From a virus, in the IMG/VR virus record IMGVR_UViG_3300042294_003292, positions 8,327 to 72,326 of that record: a stretch of DNA of 64,000 nucleotides; one strand, given 5' to 3'. The translations under genes were made by a program, and so were the position numbers. The notes beneath the pieces were generated by a model. That model was not told the DNA's origin and did no database searches. It worked only from the letters and a program-made list of their open reading frames with translations. Shown here one piece after another: positions 19,570-28,789 of this stretch. Position 1 is the first letter of the stretch, and each line of letters starts with the position of its first letter.

Positions 19570-19755
19570 ATGCCCAAATACTATGTAAAGATGCGTATTG
19601 ACTTTGCTGGAGAAATTGAAGCAGAATCTAAAGAGGCAGCAGAAGACCTAGCTTGGACTAGCTGGGGTGATTCAATGGACAATGAAATAACCTATGATGG
19701 TGTTTATGACATTGACGTTGAGGAAATTGAGGATGACGAGGAAGACGAGGAATAA
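19570..19755 (+). CDS. small acidic early protein
   Basis: 61 aa, D/E-rich; GAAAGTAG RBS. Confidence 0.75.
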   Translation: MPKYYVKMRIDFAGEIEAESKEAAEDLAWTSWGDSMDNEITYDGVYDIDVEEIEDDEEDEE

Positions 19756-19785
19756 ATGTCCTACCCTAGTGTTATAGTGGATACT

Positions 19786-20151
19786 ATGAATGCCCCTGTT
19801 GAATGCCCCAATCACAATGGTTCTTTTGACTGTAATCCTTTTTGTCGTTTGTGTGAGGGAAACCAGGAAACAACTCTAGACGAAATGCTATACCAAGCAG
19901 ATTCAGTATCGTTTGATGGTTGTCACAAAATCTATCTAAACATGGACGCCAAGCAGACTGAGAAGATGGTTGGCTATGGTTATGACAAGACTATTAGTGA
20001 TACACCTGCTGCCATGAAAGACCTAGTCTTTTCTTGGTATGAAGATTCTTGTAGTCTCAGATTCATTGACGCTGTATTTACTGATGACGACGAGACTGAC
20101 AAGTTTATTACTGTTATTGGACAATTCTTTGGAGAGGACGAAGACGAATGA
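19786..20151 (+). CDS. hypothetical early protein (Cys cluster)
   Basis: CPNHNGSFDCNPFCRLC; start moved to ATG 7 nt after the -10 box. Confidence 0.7.
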   Translation: MNAPVECPNHNGSFDCNPFCRLCEGNQETTLDEMLYQADSVSFDGCHKIYLNMDAKQTEKMVGYGYDKTISDTPAAMKDLVFSWYEDSCSLRFIDAVFTDDDETDKFITVIGQFFGEDEDE

Positions 20152-21134
20152 AAGAGTGGACTCAGTTCATAAACAAGACTGACAAGAATGAGTTTGAGAC
20201 TTTGCTAGCAGACATAATGTCAGAGGCTCTTGCTAAAATAGACTCTATCCCTGATGAAGAATTAGAAAGGCTAGTTGACTGTGAGTAGTCCTATGAAAAA
20301 GTATGTAGTTACTTATACCGCTGAGTATGTGGTAGAAGCTCTTGACGAAGAAGAAGCTATTGACCAAGCGATAGAGATACACTTTGAATTACCTGACGGA
20401 AGCTGGGAGGCAACTCTTGAAAACTAATGAAGAAATCATTGAGTATCTTACTAAAGACATTCAAGAGCTAATGCCTGAGAGAGAGTCTCTTGACATCAAC
20501 GATTCCTATGGCGACTACCTTGATGGCATCATTGGTAGAAGCCAGTCTGTCCTAAGAATGATGGGTGTTCCAGAAGTTCTTATCCCGCAGAATGGAGACT
20601 GCTAATGTATAGCAAGATTTGGACTGTTGAGAAAGATGGAGAACACGTTCCGATTGTCTTTGTTACAAAGAAAGACGCTGTGGAGTGGATAGCAGAAAAA
20701 GAGAATCCAGATAAGTACACATACTACAAGGAGACAGATAAGTAATGGCTGTATCAGAGATGGAACAGATTGGCTATGAGCAGGGTATGGTTGATACCCT
20801 TGCTTATGTAGAAAGAACAATAACAAAAGCTATGGACAATCCTGCGATGGACATCTTGACACCACGACAGGTACTGGGTATACTATTGGCATCTATCAGA
20901 ATACAAGAAGAGGACGAATAAATGGCTTGGGTAACTAACGATGGTGAATACAATGGCTCTTCCCTTGTGTTGGAGTTTGACTTCAATGCCCTCAACGAAC
21001 AGCAGTGGTCTAACCTAGAGGACATGTCTTCTATGGACAGGCTTGACTATGTTGAGGCTATCCTTGCTGGAGATGACGACAAAGTTCGTCACATTGAGCT
21101 TGATAACTTTACAGAGGAGTGGGGTCTGGAGTAA
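20148..21134 (+). other. run of about 6 tightly coupled small acidic ORFs (incl. 20417-20605, 20922-21134)
   Basis: Overlapping stop/start codons and RBSs on the + strand. Confidence 0.65.
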
Positions 21135-21276
21135 TCCAGGCCTTACGGCCTCGGGCCATCTTAATATAAACTGTTTAACCCCAAAAAACCTTTACGATCC
21201 TTTGAAAAATTTTCCCAGATCTATTGACAATGTCGTAGGGTTAGTGTATAGTAATAGCTAGTAGGAAGGAAACCCA

Positions 21277-21672
21277 ATGAGACAATCTGTCATGGTAAAT
21301 AAAATTGATACTGATAAGCTAACCAAGCTGTTGTATTGGAAGGCTGTTGAGGTTGGATCTGATTCAAGACCTGAAGGTGAATCAATGGTTGTTGTCAATA
21401 CCCCAAAAGGTTTAGCTACCGTATGCCATGAAGGCGTTGGATGGTGGAAGAATGACGACAACAAGTACCTTGTAGGTGGCTACATTGGATACAGCAACCC
21501 TACGTACTACATCACAGAAGATGAATTACTATCCTGTTTGTCAGATGAGATGGTAGATCTAGCAAGTTTTATAAATACCTTTGGGGATAGGCTAGAGAAC
21601 AACTACAGCTTATGGTACCACCAGGTAAAGGACACCCCACAAAATGTCAGTGGGTTGGCGTATAATCATTAA
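21277..21672 (+). CDS. hypothetical early protein
   Basis: 131 aa after TTGACA-ATGTC promoter. Confidence 0.75.
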   Translation: MRQSVMVNKIDTDKLTKLLYWKAVEVGSDSRPEGESMVVVNTPKGLATVCHEGVGWWKNDDNKYLVGGYIGYSNPTYYITEDELLSCLSDEMVDLASFINTFGDRLENNYSLWYHQVKDTPQNVSGLAYNH

Positions 21673-22026
21673 GAAAGGAAAGTAGATGCCCCTCTATAAA
21701 ATACAACGAGAGTACACCAACTGGGAAGAGATTACAGTTGAGGCTGATTCAGAAGACCAGGCACTGGAGCTGGCTGAGGATGAAGATACATGGGAGTATG
21801 CATATGATGTTAACTCATATAATTACACAGGCGAGACATGGATTGAGGAACAGTAATGGCAAAGCACGTACACTACTATAGCTATGGCGCTTGCACCTGG
21901 TGTGGCAAGAAGGTCAACAAAGGCCTTGGCGTGGATCTATACCGTGGAAAAAAAGTTTAAGAACCCTCTTGACAAAACCCCAGAAATTTGAGACAATAGT
22001 TTTACCCTAGAGAAAGTATAACCCCA

Positions 22027-22551
22027 ATGCACGTAATACAATACATTGCAACAAAAGCAGATGACACCAGCCATGCATTCAACTCTGTCAAAAACTATCT
22101 TGAGGAACAGCTAGGTAGCGGAGACAACTACAACACTTGGTATGACTGGTTCATAACAGGCGGAGGACGTTGGGCCTCTGGAGAAGACAATCAGTATAAC
22201 GATAACTATCAGGGTGATGTAGTTCATCAGTCTGACCCTAAGTTTGAGGAATACCTAGATACCGCTCACAAATACAGGCAGCAGGAGCTATCAGAGTATG
22301 AGGCTCAGGCACGTAAGATAAATCTAACAGAACTATTAGACAGCCTTCAAGACTTTGAGTTTGACCACTTCAAGGCTGGTATGGAGCTATACCCTATTAA
22401 GAAGCTGTATGACCTATGCATGGGTGTATGGGACTATCAGTCTTACTTCTTTGACATTGATAACGATAGCACCAGCAGAAAATATATGCGTGAAAGTATT
22501 GACAAAGGAGCAGATAGCTGGTATCTTGTTCCTGTGGACTTCCATTTTTAG
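22027..22551 (+). CDS. hypothetical phage protein
   Basis: WYDWFITGGGRW motif; ends LVPVDFHF. Confidence 0.8.
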   Translation: MHVIQYIATKADDTSHAFNSVKNYLEEQLGSGDNYNTWYDWFITGGGRWASGEDNQYNDNYQGDVVHQSDPKFEEYLDTAHKYRQQELSEYEAQARKINLTELLDSLQDFEFDHFKAGMELYPIKKLYDLCMGVWDYQSYFFDIDNDSTSRKYMRESIDKGADSWYLVPVDFHF

Positions 22552-22563
22552 AAAGTAGGAGCA

Positions 22564-22980
22564 ATGGAAATGACAAAAGTAGAACCGCAGTACACAGAGT
22601 ATCAGGGCTGGAATGAGTGGGCTGATAAGTACAAGCCAATCAAAAACCATCTTGTTTCTGACCCAGACCAGCAGATGTTTGAGACCTATGGCGAAGAGCT
22701 GGAGTATGTTCAGTCTGTTGAGCCTAACCGTATCTGGACCTACCTACAGGGAGACATGTCTGACCTTATTTGCGCAGGCTATCACTTTGTAAACAGGATT
22801 GGTTACTACATCACTGAGGTACCTTGGACCAACGAAGATGACTATGTCCTTCTATCAGTAGAAGAAGAGTGTAAGTGTTACAGCGAAGACGAAGATGTCA
22901 TGGCAACCCGCAACGATGAGTATGGGGACCCAAGCTGTGTAGAGTGCGAAGGGTATGGATATGTCACAAACTATGTATAG
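22564..22980 (+). CDS. hypothetical protein with C-terminal zinc-finger
   Basis: GYHFVNRIGYYITE; CKC...CVECEG; GAAAGTAGGA RBS. Confidence 0.8.
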   Translation: MEMTKVEPQYTEYQGWNEWADKYKPIKNHLVSDPDQQMFETYGEELEYVQSVEPNRIWTYLQGDMSDLICAGYHFVNRIGYYITEVPWTNEDDYVLLSVEEECKCYSEDEDVMATRNDEYGDPSCVECEGYGYVTNYV

Positions 22981-23323
22981 AAACAAGAACAGAAACAAGA
23001 CTCTTATTGACTATGACCTTAACATCTACATGCCTGAAGAGTACGACGACATATCAGATGAGTACTACTTTGACCCAAGTAACTGGAAGATTCATGTCTA
23101 CATTGTTAACGACCGTGGCCACGAGGAATGGGATGAGCCGTTGCATCTGACAGCTGAAGAGATTAGGCACCTAGGCCTAAACAGGGAATCGTACTTCAAA
23201 GACGAACAAGACGTCTGGTACGGCCTGGAGGGATTTAGGTTAGACTATTGGGATAGGATGTCCGATAGGCTGAAGGAATATTTCGATCGCCTGCCTAAGT
23301 ACGTAGAGGACGTAGGTCCATAA
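22973..23323 (+). CDS. hypothetical acidic protein
   Basis: ORF overlapping the upstream stop. Confidence 0.7.
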   Translation: MYRNKNRNKTLIDYDLNIYMPEEYDDISDEYYFDPSNWKIHVYIVNDRGHEEWDEPLHLTAEEIRHLGLNRESYFKDEQDVWYGLEGFRLDYWDRMSDRLKEYFDRLPKYVEDVGP

Positions 23324-23335
23324 TTAAATAAGGAT

Positions 23336-23441
23336 TGATGCGTTGAGCTGAGCTCCGCATCATGTGAGATACGACAGTTAGGGGTAGCTAGCGTATCTCA
23401 AGGGGTGTCAAGACTTTTCCTACTTTCAGTCTTGACACCCC
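23336..23441 (+). ncRNA. three-hairpin RNA ending in anti-RBS hairpin C
   Basis: Stems of 7, 9 and 14 bp; last loop UUUCCUACUUUC is antisense to GAAAGUAGGAAA. Confidence 0.65.
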
Positions 23442-23487
23442 CACCAATTTGTGGGATAATACACATAGGAGAATAACCAGATTGAGA

Positions 23488-23676
23488 ATGAGTGATGAGG
23501 AAAAGGTCGCAGTAAAAATCACTGGACTTCTCTCTGACCATAGGCTAAACTTAGATAGGGTTGGCTTGTATGTGGCAAGAGAAGAACCAAGTAGCAATTA
23601 CAGACGACTGATGATTGTGGCGGAAGCCGCTGATGAAGAATGGGAGAGTAGGTATGGCAGACACGACAGAGTATAG
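23488..23676 (+). CDS. hypothetical protein
   Basis: After TTGACA-N17-GATAAT promoter. Confidence 0.65.
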   Translation: MSDEEKVAVKITGLLSDHRLNLDRVGLYVAREEPSSNYRRLMIVAEAADEEWESRYGRHDRV

Positions 23677-23935
23677 AACACAGATAGAAGTCCTAGCAGA
23701 ACTTTGGATGGACTATCGTGATGACGAAGCATTTGCCGAATTGTTTGAGTATGCTGATTTGGGCTTTCCCCTTTCCTATGCTCTGGACAACGGAGTTGTG
23801 GATTCAACTGTTCACGCAGAGAAACTTATCGAAAGCACATTTGATTTGCTACTCAAACTTCTTGCCGTTGAGGACACAGGGTTTGAGAGCCTGAACGATT
23901 TGCTTGACACAGCTGAGCAGAAGAATCAAAAGTAA
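23654..23935 (+). CDS. hypothetical protein, paralog of 29433-29708
   Basis: EVLAELWMDYR...DLGFPLSY...VEDTGFESL. Confidence 0.75.
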   Translation: MADTTEYRTQIEVLAELWMDYRDDEAFAELFEYADLGFPLSYALDNGVVDSTVHAEKLIESTFDLLLKLLAVEDTGFESLNDLLDTAEQKNQK

Positions 23936-24190
23936 TCTAGTCTAACTTCCTGATCCTGGTTATCAGGGGGGTAGGCCCGAGTACCTTTATCAAAATGTTA
24001 TAAAACCACTATTGACAAACCTTATTACGATGGTATATAATATTTCCCTGAAATTTGATCGATGCCTATCCAAACCTCAAACCTTATTTAAATAAACATA
24101 TTACGATCAGATCAAAAAAATCGCTGAAATATTTGGCTATAAGGGTTTGGGTATTTTTAGAAGTCTTACCAAACATGATATACTTTATAC

Positions 24191-24385
24191 ATGAGTCCAA
24201 GAAACTATCTAAGAGTCTTTCATCCAGAAGAAGCCAGGAAGATTGATCAGGGATATTCTGATGCTGGTATTATAGTCGTTAATGTATTTACTAGAGCTAT
24301 AAGGTTTATGTTTCCTTTCTTTGTGCCTCGGGCTGAAGAGTCTATCAAGACTGATAATGATAATGCCGAAGGCATCAAAGAATAA
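24191..24385 (+). CDS. hypothetical protein
   Basis: TGATATACT 6 nt upstream of ATG. Confidence 0.55.
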   Translation: MSPRNYLRVFHPEEARKIDQGYSDAGIIVVNVFTRAIRFMFPFFVPRAEESIKTDNDNAEGIKE

Positions 24386-24939
24386 CCCCCTTCCCCCCTA
24401 TATAAATAACATTACGAAGAACAATTATTTTTCCCTGAAATATAAAACCTTTTAAATCTTTTTGGCCAGATTTCATTTAAAATGGTTTAGTTTTTTATAT
24501 TTTTATGGCCATATTTTGTATAAAAAATGCTTGACATTTGACGGATATTATGATATAGGGGTTTGGGGGTATAGGGGTTTGGGGTTTGAAATGATTACGA
24601 GTTTAAGTTAATATGTGCTCCATTCTCCACTATCCTCCATATCACTCCACTTTAACTCTATTAAACTTAATAAACAGTAAGATCTTTTAGTCTAAAACCA
24701 TGTCCAAAACATACTCTAAATAGCCCTAGAATGGATTCTGACGGGGTATTCAAACCTTCGTAAGACGGATATGGGGTTATCTTCGATTACGTCTTTTCTT
24801 GGTTTCATCTAGCTCAAATAGCACCAAAACCACAGCTGCCAATAGGAAAGATCCCACCAAAGAACATACTAACAAATACGTATTATCCATACGTATAAGT
24901 ATAACTTATTATGTATTTATATAGGGGGTGGAGGTTTGC

Positions 24940-25527
24940 TTATTCGATACCGTCGGAGATTCCAGCATCTCTTATCTTACGTACTTCATCAAAGATAGGG
25001 TCATCCTGGCTATACCGCATGTGCGAATAGTCTACCTCACCTGTGGCATCTGGAAACCTAAAGAAGATCATTGTGACGAACTCTCCTTCTTTAAAGGTTT
25101 TATGTGGTCTCCAGTGTGGATACTCGTTGGGGTTAAATATGATAGCCTCATTGTCTTCCATCTCGAAGACTTCCTTGTCTACCCCAAGACCCCATGTCGT
25201 ATTGGACTTGTATTGGTAGTCAATGATTAGGTCATTGGTATCACCATCATAATGTGGTGGCAGGTTAGGCTGACCATACTTAGCCTCATAGTCCACAAAC
25301 ATGCCAGACATTGGTTGTAGTGGTCTTCCCACTAGAAGCTCAACTCTCATCTTGATAGACTCTAGCATTGAGTTCGGAAGAAATACCGCATACATTATCC
25401 TACCTAGAGTTGGGTCTTCCTTTTTCTCTGACCTGGATGTCCACTCTTCTTCGTCAGTTAGCAAGTAGTGGATAGTCTCTAGCTCTTCTGGGAGGAGGAA
25501 GTCTTTGACCCTGTATACGTTTTCCAT
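24940..25527 (-). CDS. 2OG-Fe(II) oxygenase
   Basis: LPPHYD...HWR facial-triad pattern. Confidence 0.8.
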   Translation of the reverse strand: MENVYRVKDFLLPEELETIHYLLTDEEEWTSRSEKKEDPTLGRIMYAVFLPNSMLESIKMRVELLVGRPLQPMSGMFVDYEAKYGQPNLPPHYDGDTNDLIIDYQYKSNTTWGLGVDKEVFEMEDNEAIIFNPNEYPHWRPHKTFKEGEFVTMIFFRFPDATGEVDYSHMRYSQDDPIFDEVRKIRDAGISDGIE

Positions 25528-25535
25528 GAAGTCTA

Positions 25536-25748
25536 TTATACCAGGATGTCCTTCAGGTGGGAAAAGATGGTCTCCTGATAGAGGGGTGTCCTTGTCCTAT
25601 GAGACTGCTCTTCTAGACTATTTATTTCATTAAGAATACGCTGTCTCTCGTCCCTCTTTACCTTCTCTAGAAAGTCATTAATTGCCTTTGCATCTGACTT
25701 AGACATAGCTGAATTTAGGACTAGCATTCCGTGTTCGTAGTTGATCAT
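25536..25748 (-). CDS. hypothetical protein (ERxRI family)
   Basis: DERQRILNEI motif. Confidence 0.6.
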   Translation of the reverse strand: MINYEHGMLVLNSAMSKSDAKAINDFLEKVKRDERQRILNEINSLEEQSHRTRTPLYQETIFSHLKDILV

Positions 25749-25974
25749 TTCGTTACCTTATAAAGTAGCCACCAAGCAAATAGGATTCCAAAGGCTACAT
25801 AGTATGCCCAGGCAGCCCCTAGGATATCTCTCATAAATTGGTCCATTGTTTTCCTTAAGTGAAAGTTATTGTTCTTTTAATGAAAGTATACAGGGAATGG
25901 TAGAGAATGTCAAGACGGAGTCTTGTTGTGATCTCTTATTTACCGCCGAGCTTTTTGCGCCCGAACTTTAATTG

Positions 25975-26048
25975 TAGGATGACTGGGACTTGAACCCAGG
26001 ACCGACGGATTATGAGTCCGTTGCTCTAACCCGCTGAGCTACCATCCC
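25975..26048 (-). tRNA. tRNA with CAT anticodon, probably tRNA-Ile2 (lysidine)
   Basis: GGGATGG acceptor, GACTCATAATC anticodon arm, GTTCAAGTC T-loop; no encoded CCA. Confidence 0.9.
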
Positions 26049-26301
26049 AGGGCTTTATGACAATATCTAAATCAGGATACTCTTCTATAATCCTTTTACG
26101 AGCATGTCCAATATCGTGCCCTGCCTGTTCGTGCTTGTCTAGGTGTGCCAGCGCATTGCGTGGTGTGCTAAAGCTAGCGAAAAAGTCGTCGGCCTCTATA
26201 GATAACCCAAGGCCACTTAGCCAACATCCACAGCACTCAATAAATCCATCTACATGCTCAAACATATAGATGTCTGATGTACTAAATCTTTCAAAGCTCA
26301 T
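26026..26301 (-). CDS. hypothetical protein
   Basis: ECCGC...H..H motif; 3' end overlaps the tRNA. Confidence 0.65.
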   Translation of the reverse strand: MSFERFSTSDIYMFEHVDGFIECCGCWLSGLGLSIEADDFFASFSTPRNALAHLDKHEQAGHDIGHARKRIIEEYPDLDIVIKPWDGSSAG

Positions 26302-27311
26302 TTAATCTTCTCCCCTAATTAGTACAATTATATCGCAAATTCGGCAGGCCATTCCTTCGTAGTGGGTCTTACCATTGTGCCCCGTTTCTACATGCAAAAT
26401 TTCAATAATTCTATCTTGCTCATATTTTGCTCCCTGGGCCCAGGTATCAGACTGAAGCCTGTATAGCTGCTCTGGAGTCAGCTTGGCAGGATCCAGCATA
26501 TCCCTCACTTCTTATAGCCTCTCCAAAACGAATAAACATATCTGCCCAAATAAATATTTATTCCCTTATACTTTGGGTGAACATCAATAACAAATCCGAA
26601 GAACTTATTTGGCTCATACTTGTGTGGACCGTGTTTGCGATAGTTAATCCATTTCTTCTTTAGCCTGTCTTGCAAGTCTTTGTCTGTGTAGCCTTCTGCG
26701 TGTAGGCTTGCCATCTTAGCCATTCTGCTCTCCCTCTGAATGCCAGAACTCTATGCCCATGTAAAGGTTTAGTATCTCAAATGTGAATGATCTATCATAT
26801 AAGTTAATGTTTGCACCAATGCCCCAGTGATCTGTTCTACCAGCATAGAAACATATACTATTAAATAGCACAATGCTTCCTGATAGGCCCCAGCTACTCT
26901 TTTCAATCTTAATCCACTTACTCATCTGTCTCTCCTTTGATTAGTTCAATGGCATATGCATAACTAGGTGCAGAGCAGTCTTCTGGATAACAGCCCAGCT
27001 CACAGTCTCTATGTTCGGCAAGAGGCTCTAACAATTTAATGATACGCTCACGCTCATAATCTCTGCCAGCGTTCCAATACTTCTTGTCACTAATAGTGTA
27101 ATCAGTTAGCCCCATGCTCTACCCAGTCTCCCTTATAGGTAAAGTTTACTCCCATGCCAGGCAGGTAGACGCAAATCTCGTCTGGCTCTAGGTATTTGGT
27201 TTGCTTATCAGATGTGATAAGGAACATCCACGTTCCCTCCGATATAGGCGTTTCTACATCTATATCACTCATAAGATTAATATATGTATCACGTTTAGCT
27301 GTTACAAACAC
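26302..27311 (-). other. run of five small overlapping ORFs (26302-26508, 26505-26723, 26716-26925, 26918-27115, 27102-27311)
   Basis: Coupled stop/start overlaps; two carry the ERxRIIxxL motif. Confidence 0.7.
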
Positions 27312-27394
27312 AGGGCTCCTTTTATACTTACTTAGATATTTTACAACATTGGCAGATAAATGTCAATACCGCAGGAATCTGGTAAAATTGATAC

Positions 27395-27589
27395 ATGGAC
27401 CTGTCTCACTTGACGCCACAAGAAAAGGTGGCATATATCACCTCTAGAATTAAAGACCCATGCCCAGATGGCCAGCATGTTTACGAAGACCTGGTAAAGG
27501 TTTTGGGCAAGTCAACAATTCTTGATCAAATCTGCACTGTTTGTTTTAATTTTCAGGGATGGATATACAACTGGGAAAAACAAGACTGA
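27395..27589 (+). CDS. small zinc-binding protein (leaderless)
   Basis: TGGTAAAAT 6 nt upstream; C..H...CxxC. Confidence 0.6.
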   Translation: MDLSHLTPQEKVAYITSRIKDPCPDGQHVYEDLVKVLGKSTILDQICTVCFNFQGWIYNWEKQD

Positions 27590-27606
27590 TGGTATAATAA
27601 AAAACT

Positions 27607-27789
27607 ATGTCAAGAACACAACACGAATTTGAGGAGCTTGAGTCTCCAGTTACCCTAACCGTACACACTAAGTCTCCAAATAAGTGGCTACTTATAGACA
27701 GAGAGACTGGTGTTGCATATCAGGGGTCAGAGCATGGTAGATGGGATAAGCTGATTCCCAAAGTTAAAGAAGAAAAACCACAGATATAA
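27607..27789 (+). CDS. hypothetical protein
   Basis: TGGTATAAT upstream; 60 aa. Confidence 0.6.
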   Translation: MSRTQHEFEELESPVTLTVHTKSPNKWLLIDRETGVAYQGSEHGRWDKLIPKVKEEKPQI

Positions 27790-28057
27790 TAATCTTATGG
27801 CCCCTATTCTTTGTGTCTCCTGTGGACAACCAGCCACAGAGCCTAGTAGAATTTCAAATGGAATAATTCCAAGGTTTCCAATAAGGTGTCTTAGCTGTTC
27901 AAAAAAGACTTAATCGTTATTTAGTAATTGATTGTCAAGCTCTACTTCCAGAAACCTTATATCCATTTCAATAGTCTCTATAGCCTCAGCATTCATAGCC
28001 AAGCCCATCTCTAGCCTATCTAGGGCTCTTTTGATCACCTCCAGCTCTTGGAAGATA

Positions 28058-28252
28058 TCATTCATAAATAATCCTGTTTAGCTCTTCTTTGCTAATGTAG
28101 ACGTTATTATAGCCTGGAGATAGCTCCTGTAGCTTAGACCATATTTCGTCTTGCTTCTTTTTCTGTCCCGCCTTAAAAGCATCAGCAACAAACTTCATAT
28201 CTTCTGGAGAGCTTGCACTAGAAAGCTGAACGCTATACTCAAACATACCCAT
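28058..28252 (-). CDS. hypothetical protein
   Basis: 64-aa ORF. Confidence 0.55.
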   Translation of the reverse strand: MGMFEYSVQLSSASSPEDMKFVADAFKAGQKKKQDEIWSKLQELSPGYNNVYISKEELNRIIYE

Positions 28253-28263
28253 GGCTTCTTAGA

Positions 28264-28605
28264 CTAAAAGTCTTCCTCTTCTAACCACTCAACTATGTCT
28301 GGGTTATCACGAAGAACCATAAGGATAGCATTTTCATAAACCCCAATGAAGTAGTGCTCCCATTCTTCAAAGTCAGCTTCTGGCTTTGGCATTACGTTTT
28401 CAAAGACCATTCTCATTGCATGCAGAATTTCGTGCAACAGCGTGACCTGTTGCTTGCTACGGCTAAGTGCACTAGAAACAACAATAAGATTCCCCATATC
28501 CAAAGTATAGCCATTTGTTCCATCATTCAACATTCCGTCATTTTTTGGATCACGGAAGTCAATCTTAAATATCTGACTTCCCACTTTTACTTTTGTAGGT
28601 TTCAT
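28264..28605 (-). CDS. HExxH metallopeptidase-like protein
   Basis: TLLHEILHA followed by a downstream Glu. Confidence 0.7.
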   Translation of the reverse strand: MKPTKVKVGSQIFKIDFRDPKNDGMLNDGTNGYTLDMGNLIVVSSALSRSKQQVTLLHEILHAMRMVFENVMPKPEADFEEWEHYFIGVYENAILMVLRDNPDIVEWLEEEDF

Positions 28606-28789
28606 TCTTAGAGCTCCTCAACCTCAGATGTTTCTCTAATGCTAATTGCACGTTGAACACCTGCAATGTACCCCTGCTGCCAAGAGGTGACGGCACTTTC
28701 GGTTGTTTCTCTTCCGACGCTTGCCATCCATTTTTGTAAATCTAAAGCGGCAAACTTAACTACTTCTGATTCAATATCCACTTAATCTC

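Larger units (their letters stand above)
13192..21666 (+). promoter_or_regulatory. 18 copies of an ATGTC-N12-TAnnnT promoter
   Basis: ATGTC at 13192,13480,13990,14176,14407,14689,14967,15220,15587,16590,17333,17635,18306,19520,19756,20217,21230,21644, each followed by a -10 hexamer exactly 12 nt later. Confidence 0.9.

Noticed and set aside
19756-19785. N-terminal extension MSYPSVIVDT of the 19756 ORF
   Set aside because: This ATG is part of the ATGTC promoter box; a leaderless start at 19786 fits better
13192-21666. Repeated motifs as a CRISPR-like array
   Set aside because: Spacing is irregular, motifs are short, and they flank real ORFs as promoters
25975-26048. Initiator tRNA-Met
   Set aside because: Lacks the three G-C anticodon-stem pairs and the C1 mismatch; resembles Ile2
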